Assembly: GCF_001194135.2 (NCBI RefSeq)
Contig: NC_068999.1
Span: 1,182,868 to 1,246,867 of the forward strand
DNA: 64,000 nucleotides
Origin: Octopus bimaculoides
Taxonomy: Eukaryota
Reading direction: 5' to 3'
The translations under genes and the position numbers were made by a program. Shown here piece by piece: positions 52,540-64,000 of this stretch. The notes beneath the pieces are model-generated. The model worked only from the letters and a program-made list of their open reading frames with translations. It searched no databases and was not told where the DNA came from. Numbering within the stretch: the stretch's first letter is position 1; each line of letters starts with the position of its first letter.

Positions 52540-55115
52540 NNNNNNNNNNTATATATATATATATATATACGGTGGGGGTAGTAATGTATGATATCTGCTT
52601 CAAAGTCACGCAGCTTACTATGGATTTTTGTTTGGTGATGTAGTGGTATTTCTGTGTGCTTGCATATGTGAATATCTATTTCTTTGTATATGTGTTTGTT
52701 TGTGTGTGTGTGTGTGTGTATTTGCATGTGGGTGTGTGGGTGTTTGTGTGTTTGTGTTTGCGTCTCTACTGCGTTCAACGCCCTGCGTGCAAGTCGAACA
52801 AGTAAAATTCTTATACTGCATATTTGGTTATTTGCTTTTTTTTCTTTATTTTGTTATTTCTTTTGTTTGTTTTCGTTTTCTTCTTTCTCCCCCTCCCCCA
52901 CCTACCTCTTTCTCCATATTACCGCCATTTTGTTTGCTTCCAGGAGATCATGTAAACAGACCCAGGTTTCCTCGGTGTATTACATTGAAACATTGTTAGT
53001 GACTATTAAAAACCGGTTCGTTCTTTCTTCATGTACATTCGTGTTCATTATTCAGTTATTTATTTATTTGTTTATTTCATTTATTTGTTCCCTGGTTTAT
53101 GTTTAGTTCCAGTGGAAGAAGAAGAGATGTCAACTTGACCTTATTGTCTGCTGAGGCAGAGAAAATAAACCAAAAGAAAAAGAGAAAATAGAATTTGCTT
53201 CTTTCCTTAGCAATTCTAACCGGTTTTCTTTCAGTTTGCTTGTACCTGAATGTTTGTTTGCAGTTTTGCTATATACGTTGCCTTAAGAAACTGCTGCTGC
53301 TTCTACCGCCTCTGCTGCTGCTGCTGCTGTTTTTGTTGTTGTAGTTGTTCTTTTGTGTTTGTGAGCGTTTCTTGTTAGTTTTCTCTTTTATATCACCGAT
53401 ACACGCAAACCTATTTAAACTTGTTATTATTCGGAATATAATTGCCAGTACGAAGTTCGGTTAGCTGAATTAGAAAGGTGCCTACCAAAATAAACAACCT
53501 ATTTCATCCATTAAATTAATCACACCATTATATTTCATCACGTTAATTATATAATTTCTAACTTTAATTTTCACAGTTTCTTCCCCTGTCTCTAATAACA
53601 CGAAATATTATTTGTACTTTTTATCTTCTTCTCTACGAATATAATTTTCTTTCGTAAAAATATTAACTCACTATATTACATGTGATACTACACAATTAAA
53701 GACTTGTTTTTCGTGTGGATGCGTAAAATTTACTCCAATCATCATTTTAACTGGCCGGGCCTTCAAGCTATCTATCTCTCACTACTTTATGAACAACCAC
53801 AAACTATCGATGGATTAACCCTTCTGGAAGACGTATAATATCGTCCATCTATATCCGCAGTTTTCACCGATTATTATCAAAGGTTATACCTCCTCTTGAT
53901 GGTATTTCCTCCAAGAATACATGTAAATAAGATTGCACTAAATCTTGCCTCCCATTCGCTATCATTTTTATATAATGCGAGGCAACGATGGTGTCTATAC
54001 ACAGTTATTCGATCTACAGAACATAGGAAACTGTATTAAGTAAAGATAGGATACATTGTGCAGGGCATTCTCGGTACTGCAAAAGGACTGAAATGGACAA
54101 GTGCTTCAGCTTACAGATCAGGTACTCTGTCACCATTTACTATACGTCGAGTACGTGGCACGATCGCTGAGGTCTTGCATAGATATATATTTGTGAAGAT
54201 GGCACACAGTTGGTAACAAATTCAGTTCTTAACCACAGAGCTCTGCCTTTCCTTTAACGGGTACATAAAGAGGGAAATATTTTAATTTGAAAATCACCAG
54301 CAACGGCAGTGAGAACTCTCAAATCAATGACTGCTTTAAATTGGAATTTATTGATTTCGATCTGAAGTGTAGGAAACAGCTATTCTCATCTAAATATAAG
54401 AAATGTATTTTGTTACCAGGAAGCTTCAGCACACAGAAATATGAATCAAGCAATATTAAGAGTTTTGATTTACACAGCATGACTATAATAATATTTTGCA
54501 ATTACGGAAGACGTGTTAATATTCGTTTTCATGGCGGATTTTAAGCTTAACCTCATCCTTCATTTTCGTAGTCTGATTTCCCTTTTGCGTTCAATTTAGA
54601 AACAGCAATTTATTTATTTATTTATTCATTTATTTATTTATTCAATATGCTTAGATCGAATTCTAATAATCCATGAGGAAATGCAAAGGATGCAGTCGCA
54701 ATTCAGTTTTATATCAGAAGAGTTCAATCTAATATCATTAGTTATTACTGTTCGAATATAAATTAATAATTGATAAATGTGTGGTTTATATATATTTTTT
54801 TTATTTTTGGATTATGATTGATTTTTTGTGTTTGATTCTTAATTAATTGTTTTCTAAGATTGTTTATTGGTTTTGGTTTGCAAATTTTGAGAGAAATGAA
54901 ATCGTGAGAAATAAATAAATAAATAAATAAAGTAATAAATTAAAAACGGAAACAAAATGGAGCCTATTACACTATAACAGCCCTCGCTAAACCGCGCTCT
55001 GTGTATTTTCGATTTAACACAATGAAAACCAATAAACATGGGATAAAATGATGAAAATACAACCACAAAGATAACAGCAGCATTCTCAAGATGGTCCTCT
55101 TGCATTTAATATATC

Positions 55116-55190
<75 letters not shown>

Positions 55191-55491
55191 GTCTGTCTAT
55201 TTATCTATCTATCTACATAATTATATGTATATATATATANNNNNNNNNNNNNNNNNNNNNNNNNNNNNNNNNNNNNNNNNNNNNNNNNNNNNNNNNNNNN
55301 NNNNNNNNNNNNNNNNNNNNNNNNNNNNNNNNNNNNNNNNNNNNNNNNNNNNNNNNNNNNNNNNNNNNNNNNNNNNNNNNNNNNNNNNNNNNNNNNNNNN
55401 NNNNNNNNNNNNNNNNNNNNNNNNNNNNNNNNNNNNNNNNNNNNNNNNNNNNNNNNNNNNNNNNNNNNNNNNNNNNNNNNNNNNNNNNTGT

Positions 55492-55541
<50 letters not shown>

Positions 55542-55661
55542 GTATGCGTGTGTATGCATACATATATACATACATGCATACACAGAGTTACGCGAATATA
55601 TATGTTGAAAGATAGATATTGATATAGACGTAGAGGCATACATAAATGCATACTCATATAT

Positions 55662-55718
55662 GTATGTATGTACTATGTACGTATGTATGTACTATGTACG
55701 TATGTATGTACTATGTAC
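55662..55718. repeat. 19-bp minisatellite GTATGTATGTACTATGTAC x3
   Basis: Units at 55662, 55681 and 55700. Confidence 0.85.
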
Positions 55719-56304
55719 GTATGTATGTACGTACGTATGTATGTATGTATTATGTACGTGTGTATGTATGCATGTATGTATGTATGTACGTATGTATGTG
55801 TGCATATATAGTTGTTTGTGTCCATGGCATAGCAGCGGTCCAGCCATTTTCAACACTAGAAATATTAGAATTTATTTTTTTAATTCTCTCTAATAGGAAA
55901 TAACGAAACAACTCCAAAACGATTACAGGAAACAAATTTTTAATCACATTTAATCTAAAATAATGTTCTTTTATTGTGTCTGCAGCTGTCTTTAATAATT
56001 CCTCGCAACGTTTCTCCAATGTAATCGAAGACAAAAAAGAAGCAATTCTTATAACGAATAGATGTGCGGAAAATATGTGGAGATGAGTAGATTACCTGTG
56101 CGTTTTTTTTTTATTTTTGTTTTCTAATTTCATTTTATTGTTTCTTATCTTTCGATGATCTTTTATTGTTTGTTAGAAAAGCAAGGAATGTTAATTGACG
56201 ATTGTTACATAACTCAAGGTGCTTGTGTTCAATTGGAAAAATTGAACATTTATATTACAGAACATGGAAAGAAAACACGATGAAAATATTTTAAATTCTT
56301 GTTA

Positions 56305-56641
<337 letters not shown>

Positions 56642-57590
56642 CGTTATAATTATGAAGGTTATAGCATTTATGAAAATTCTTATACATCATTATCATTGAT
56701 AACATAATAATGATAATACTACGACTAATACTAATAATAATAAATTATCATTATTATCAGTATTATTATTATTACTAACGAACTTTTGTTTTTTGAATAA
56801 TTACAATTTTTATCTCCATTCTCGTCCTTATTAATATTTTCATATCCATCATCAACACTATCATCGTGTATATTATTGAAAGATTCTCATTAGTGTTGGG
56901 ATAGGTGTTACTATATTTGGGGTGGTTTTATCATCGTCATCATCATCATCATTATCGTCGTCGTCGTTGTCGTCATTATTATAATTAAATACGAGAAATT
57001 ATTATTATCATTATTGTCATCGTTATTATTATAATTGTTGTTGTTATTATTATTATTATTATTAATATTATTATTAATGATATCATCATTCTTCTTATTA
57101 TTATTATTACCGTATTGTTCTTTTAGCTATGCAATATACTAGCTGTTGTTTCTCTTTATTATTGTTGTTGTTGTCATTATGGGTATTAGTATTAGTAATG
57201 GCAGTAATATTAATAATAGTAATATTAATAATAGTATATTTCATTTAGTTTTCTGAAATTTCATTTCTAAATTTTATTAATTTTTAAAGTGTGAAATTAC
57301 ACCCAGCTGAGTGATATATTCGCATATTCATTTCAAATTTATTTATTGCTTAAGAAATAAATTACTTTTGCTGCCTTCCAATTTCCACATAACTATAACC
57401 AAATATATATATGTGTGTGTGTTTATGTATATACACATATATATATATAATATATAAATACATATATATGTACATATATATATATACATGCATATATATA
57501 TATATATATATATNNNNNNNNNNNNNNNNNNNNNNNNNNNNNNNNNNNNAATATACATATATATACATATATACATATGTATATGGTGTA

Positions 57591-57641
<51 letters not shown>

Positions 57642-58353
57642 ATGTATGCATGTTTATGTACATATATATGCACACAAACATATATATATATACATATATA
57701 TATAATTATCTTACATTTGCCTATATCTACGTTTGCCTATATCACTTAATATGCTCGAATGCGTTTTATTCTCTAAAAGTGTTGTGTAAATATATAGTCA
57801 TGTGTGTATGTCTATACACGTGCAACTGTGTACGTAGTAGTGTACTTTAGAGAGCCTCGTTTAATCCCTCATAGAACCACGGCCTGCATCTTAACATAAG
57901 TTATGTCACATTAAATCATGTAGTTCTGCCCTGCATATTATCTTACAATGTATACCCGCCCCTCTGCATTCATTCTTGATGCTTATAACAGCCGTCTTAT
58001 GTCATTCGTATATTTCCTAGATACGTTTAGAAGAGGCATCTAATATATAAATGTTAGTGAAACAGTGCATCGTTGATGCCCTATAAAAAAATCTGATGCA
58101 TCACCGTCCAATCTACTATTAGTTTTCGTACCTCAGTGAGTACTAAGTAATTTTTCCCGTCAATCACCAAACTTAGAATCCCCACTTTATTTTATTTCGG
58201 AACACCAGATTATCTGCTGGCTTCTCTGGGATTGGTCCTACTGATGGAGTTCGAAAATTGATTAAGGTTGGACATCTGTTTTTTTAAAGACGAGACTGTG
58301 TCAACTATATTCATCTGATAAACTATTCCATGCACATTCACACACATTCGAAA

Positions 58354-58395
<42 letters not shown>

Positions 58396-58512
58396 GTGCG
58401 TTTTTCTTTTATGTGCAGTTATACTAAAAGAGAATTTGCTGAGTACAAATTTATTCTTAAATATATAGACAGATTGGGAAAATATAGATAGAAATATAGA
58501 TAGATAGATAGG

Positions 58513-58574
<62 letters not shown>

Positions 58575-59253
58575 CTTATGAAAGCAAGAGACAGACTACG
58601 AACAGAGTCACTTTGATATTTTGCATTTGTGCACAACCTTACATAAAGCATAGTAAATAGCCTAAATTGTTTATTTTGGGCCGATGGGAAAGAGAGATGC
58701 GCGAAACCCCTCAACCAGTGTCATGTGATTCTTTGATCAATATCACAATCTGACGAAAAGTCACAGTTGGCGCATAGTTACATCTGTTGTTTTATTTGCT
58801 TAATTATTCAATTATTTCTTTATTCGTACACATCACCGAACGCCTAGGCTCTATATGATGTTTACGTTGAGTTATTTCTGCATAATGAAGCGGCGCGAAA
58901 CACCAGCAAAATACCACGAATGTCCAATGCACGCACACGCTTACGCGCGTGCGCCTAGCGTGGTGTGTTCGTTTGTGCTGTGAAATCATGCAATGAAAAC
59001 AAAATACTTTTTTAATGGTATTTACCATCCGTTCGAGTTGATTTCCAAACTTTGCTTTTATGTTATGCATCTTTTCCCTTACGTTACGAAATACGTTATG
59101 TGATTCATCTTAGTTGAACATGATCCGCATTGCGCACATTCTCTTTCGCACACGTATATACATACGATGTAACAATGATGAGGATGTTGATCAAGATGAT
59201 GACTATGATGATGAGGATTTTTATGAAGATGATGAATATGATGATGGAGATGG

Positions 59254-59254
<1 letters not shown>

Positions 59255-59327
<73 letters not shown>
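59255..59327. repeat. (GAT)n microsatellite
   Basis: Direct reading; source of the poly-D/H/M ORFs. Confidence 0.97.
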
Positions 59328-59817
59328 TTTACGAATGTCAAAGATGATGATCATTGAATATTTTTGTCGTTTTATTTATTGATTTATGCATTCATGTATA
59401 CATTCATGCTATTGCTCTCACATATGTTTTTCATGTTTTTCTTCTAATTTCGCTTTCGTAATATTATCATAATTGGAAGAATAGAACATACACACATATT
59501 TCCACAATCATACACATACACACACTCACACATATGTCCACACACACACACACACATATATATATACATACTCATTCAAATATATTCATAAATATAAGGC
59601 AGACATCCAGATACCCATAGGAATATAGACACTGCCACAAGCCGAATCCCTTATACACTTCTCCAATATGGACGTTCTCTAAAAACACACATCTACACAG
59701 CATCCCTTAAATACATACCCTCAAATATAATATGTATATACATACACACACACATATATATATGCATACATATATGTAAACCTATTTTATTTTCTCTCCC
59801 TGTTTATTTCTGTTTTC

Positions 59818-59853
59818 CTTTCTGCTGAAGAGCGTAGGCTCGAAACGTAAACG
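59818..59853 (+). ncRNA. Minimal hammerhead-like motif, second family (core carries A6C)
   Basis: CUUU-CUGCUGA-A-GAGC-GUAG-GCUC-GAAA-CGU-A-AACG: perfect stem II, palindromic ACGU, one core substitution; a decayed homologue lies at 46280-46320. Confidence 0.5.
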
Positions 59854-61400
59854 ACTTTCTCACTTCCGGGCATTAAACTAATACATCTGTTTGTTGTTTA
59901 CACACCCGTCTTCGTCTTTTGCTTCGCTTCTGTTTTTTTGTTTTTTTTTGTAAATTCCAACTATATATATATATATATATATATANNNNNNNNNNNNNNN
60001 NNNNNNNNNNNNNNNNNNNNNNNNNNNNNNNNNNNNNNNNNNNNNNNNNNNNNNNNNNNNNNNNNNNNNNNNNNNNNNNNNNNNNNNNNNNNNNNNNNNN
60101 NNNNNNNNNNNNNNNNNNNNNNNNNNNNNNNNNNNNNNNNNNNNNNNNNNNNNNNNNNNNNNNNNNNNNNNNNNNNNNNNNNNNNNNNNNNNNNNNNNNN
60201 NNNNNNNNNNNNNNNNNNNNNNNNNNNNNNNNNNNNNNNNNNNNNNNNNNNNNNNNNNNNNNNNNNNNNNNNNNNNNNNNNNNNNNNNNNNNNNNNNNNN
60301 NNNNNNNNNNNNNNNNNNNNNNNNNNNNNNNNNNNNNNNNNNNNNNNNNNNNNNNNNNNNNNNNNNNNNNNNNNNNNNNNNNNNNNNNNNNNNNNNNNNN
60401 NNNNNNNNNNNNNNNNNNNNNNNNNNNNNNNNNNNNNNNNNNNNNNNNNNNNNNNNNNNNNNNNNNNNNNNNNNNNNNNNNNNNNNNNNNNNNNNNNNNN
60501 NNNNNNNNNNNNNNNNNNNNNNNNNNNNNNNNNNNNNNNNNNNNNNNNNNNNNNNNNNNNNNNNNNNNNNNNNNNNNNNNNNNNNNNNNNNNNNNNNNNN
60601 NNNNNNNNNNNNNNNNNNNNNNNNNNNNNNNNNNNNNNNNNNNNNNNNNNNNNNNNNNNNNNNNNNNNNNNNNNNNNNNNNNNNNNNNNNNNNNNNNNNN
60701 NNNNNNNNNNNNNNNNNNNNNNNNNNNNNNNNNNNNNNNNNNNNNNNNNNNNNNNNNNNNNNNNNNNNNNNNNNNNNNNNNNNNNNNNNNNNNNNNNNNN
60801 NNNNNNNNNNNNNNNNNNNNNNNNNNNNNNNNNNNNNNNNNNNNNNNNNNNNNNNNNNNNNNNNNNNNNNNNNNNNNNNNNNNNNNNNNNNNNNNNNNNN
60901 NNNNNNNNNNNNNNNNNNNNNNNNNNNNNNNNNNNNNNNNNNNNNNNNNNNNNNNNNNNNNNNNNNNNNNNNNTATATAATTGTGGGAACTACGTAATTA
61001 TCTATGTGCGTATATGTGAATGACTGCACGCGTGTATGTAAAAATATATGTATGTATATTTCTCATTAGCGTTACAAAATTAACAACGTAGTTTTAGGCT
61101 AGAATACCATTTATTTTCCTGCTAAAAAGACACGTAGGTAATACAGTTTACTTATAATCTCTGAAATTACTATATTTTTGCTTACTCATGCAATGAAATG
61201 GTTGGCGAGTCGGTTCAAAGTGATGTTGAAAGGGAGAAAAAAAAGATAAGAAAATAAAGTAAGCAAACATAGATATATAGAAATCAAACAGCGAATGGTA
61301 TATTTTTAAGCATTTCTATTAATTTGGTTAAATTGGCATCTAAACAGAGGGATGTGTAATTTATTAGCTCGAGGATACGTCTCAAAATAAATTAGCCACG

Positions 61401-61431
<31 letters not shown>

Positions 61432-61873
61432 AACACACACATATATACATAAACACACACACACACACACACACATATACATATATATATATATGTATAT
61501 GTGTATGCATATACACATATAAATATATATAGATGTATGTGTATTAATATATGTCTATGTATTTATATTTATATGTGGGAGAATATACGAAAGTATATAT
61601 GTTTATGTTTATACAAATTAGATATATGTATATTATACATATACGTATATACATGTATGTAAATATATCTATTTATCTATATATATATATATATACACAT
61701 GTGTGTATATATATATAATATGCATAATATATGTGTATGTATATATATATATGTATGTATATATGCATGCATGTATGTATGTATGTAAGTATGCATATAC
61801 GCACGCACACATATAACAGTAATGGGAATAGAATACACTGCTAGTGTTGTGACAGGAAGAAAACTACCGATCC

Positions 61874-61934
<61 letters not shown>

Positions 61935-63468
61935 GTATGTATATGTATCTGTGTGTCTATGTGTCTGTGTATGTCCGTATTAATTCGTTCGCTGGGAAGA
62001 GACATAATATTATATATTTGTTTACGTGCAAAATTATGCACACCCACACGCATACCCACTCATTACCTTCCTTGTATAATTATTTAGTTTTCATTATTGG
62101 AACATTAACAACTCTTGTATTACTGGGACGGTGCTTCTCGTGATGGCGATGGTGATGGTGGTGCTGTTGATGTCTCCCGAAAACGTGAAGGCGTTGGCGG
62201 TAGTAACGGTGGTGGTGCTGCTTATAGAGTTCTTTGAAGTACGTCTTGCTATTTTTGTTCTTGACTGTCTTTAAACACAATTCATCCTTGACGGAACAGT
62301 TTTATGTTTAAATTTGTTCCGACCGTCGGCTTCTTTCTTTGCAGTTTAAAGCTCGTTCTACAAAGCAGCGCACAAAGCACAATTTTCCCTCATCATTGTA
62401 AGAACTCCATGTTGTTCTCATGTCTGCTGTTTTGACAGACTCTCTTGCTGCCCTTATCCATCTCTATTCCTTTCAAATGCACATTGGAAACCATTAGTTA
62501 TATATTTGAACAATCCACCTCCGTCGTGAGTCGTACCTGGCTTCTTGGTTATTCATATTAAAAAAAAAAAAGATAACAGTTCTCTTTGTACCAACATCAA
62601 TATTGGTTCCCAGAAGGTTATTTGTCTTTTCATTTTAAAAACTATATCTCTAACGGTGAAAACCTCACTAGTGTCCCGTTTGTAATACGATGCTTAAGAA
62701 TATATTATCATTATCTTCTTTTTAAAGATAGAAATGTTTGGTATGAGCCAAGCTCGGTTGATATAATAAGCGAATGAAAGAAAGGTAAAACCGAAGGCAA
62801 GGGGATTTGGATTCAGATAAAATTGGAATAAATGCTGCTATGCATTTTGTCCGACGCGCTAATGATTGTAATAGTTGAACGCCTTAAAAGTGAAAATAAT
62901 TATCACACACTCACACACGCGCACACTGTAGGAATGTGCATGTATGCTTCTATCTATCTATTTATGTCTATTTCTTTCTCTCACTCTCTCCATNNNNNNN
63001 NNNNNNNNNNNNNNNNNNNNNNNNNNNNNNNNNNNNNNNNNNNNNNNNNNNNNNNNNNNNNNNNNNNNNNNNNNNNNNNNNNNNNNNNNNNNNNNNNNNN
63101 NNNNNNNNNNNNNNNNNNNNNNNNNNNNNNNNNNNNNNNNNNNNNNNNNNNNNNNNNNNNNNNNNNNNNNNNNNNNNNNNNNNNNNNNNNNNNNNNNNNN
63201 NNNNNNNNNNNNNNNNNNNNNNNNNNNNNNNNNNNNNNNNNNNNNNNNNNNNNNNNNNNNNNNNNNNNNNNNNNNNNNNNNNNNNNNNNNNNNNNNNNNN
63301 NNNNNNNNNNNNNNNNNNNNNNNNNNNNNNNNNNNNNNNNNNNNNNNNNNNNNNNNNNNNNNNNNNNNNNNNNNNNNNNNNNNNNNNNNNNNNNNNNNNN
63401 NNNNNNNNNNNNNNNNNNNNNNNNNNNNNNNNNNNNNNNNNNNNNNNNNNNNNNNNNNNNNNNNNNNN

Positions 63469-63533
<65 letters not shown>

Positions 63534-64000
63534 CGTAAAAAATATACATATATATACATGCATATATACACTCAATATTTATATATATATACACACATAA
63601 AGAATACGTATGTGTCCGTGCGTGTGTGCGTGTCTGTTTCTGTATCTATGTGTCTGTGTACACGTATCTATAAAAGCGCAAAATAAAACAGCAAGCGAAA
63701 ATAGCAATATCTTACAAATATTTCCTGGATATATCGATCAAAAATCGATAGTATCAGAAACGAAAGTCCAGCACTATTAAGAATCTCATAAACGTATTTA
63801 TTCCAATAATTCACTGAAATAAAGAATATTCTAATAAAATGTAAAAAAAAAAAAAAAAGGAAGACAGAAAAAGAAAACATTTTTATGTTTGTTTGTATTT
63901 TTTCCCTGAAAATAAACCATCTAGAAATTTTTAGTATCCATTGATGAAATATATACATTCACGTCAACTAATGAAGTGTCTGTTGCTCTGCCTGGCTAAT

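Noticed and set aside
54040-54250. 55-codon open frame YIVQGILGTAKGLKW...
   Set aside because: Weak acceptor, and the DNA resembles decayed family B SINE heads on both strands.
58199-58261. GTPDYL...SLGLVLLME resembling kinase subdomains VIII-IX
   Set aside because: APE and DxW are absent, there are no usable splice sites, and a stop follows quickly; probably chance.

Overview
AT-rich, repeat-dominated eukaryotic genomic DNA from a gapped short-read assembly. It has 19 N-gaps totalling about 6 kb, most abutting (TA)n tracts. The SINE and microsatellite landscape looks like a cephalopod (Octopus-type) genome; this is inference, not a database match. Nearly all ORFs in the supplied track are artefacts of microsatellites or N-runs. 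Supportable content: dense simple repeats; many decayed copies of about four SINE-like families; fragments of RTE, CR1-like and L1/Tx1 LINEs; three mariner transposase remnants; and Penelope-type minimal hammerhead ribozyme motifs, two of them inside a 244-bp fold-back palindrome at 31819-32062. No complete host gene, rRNA, true tRNA or CRISPR array is visible. The best host-gene candidate is one spliced exon (22511-22671) whose translation resembles a protein-kinase N-lobe.
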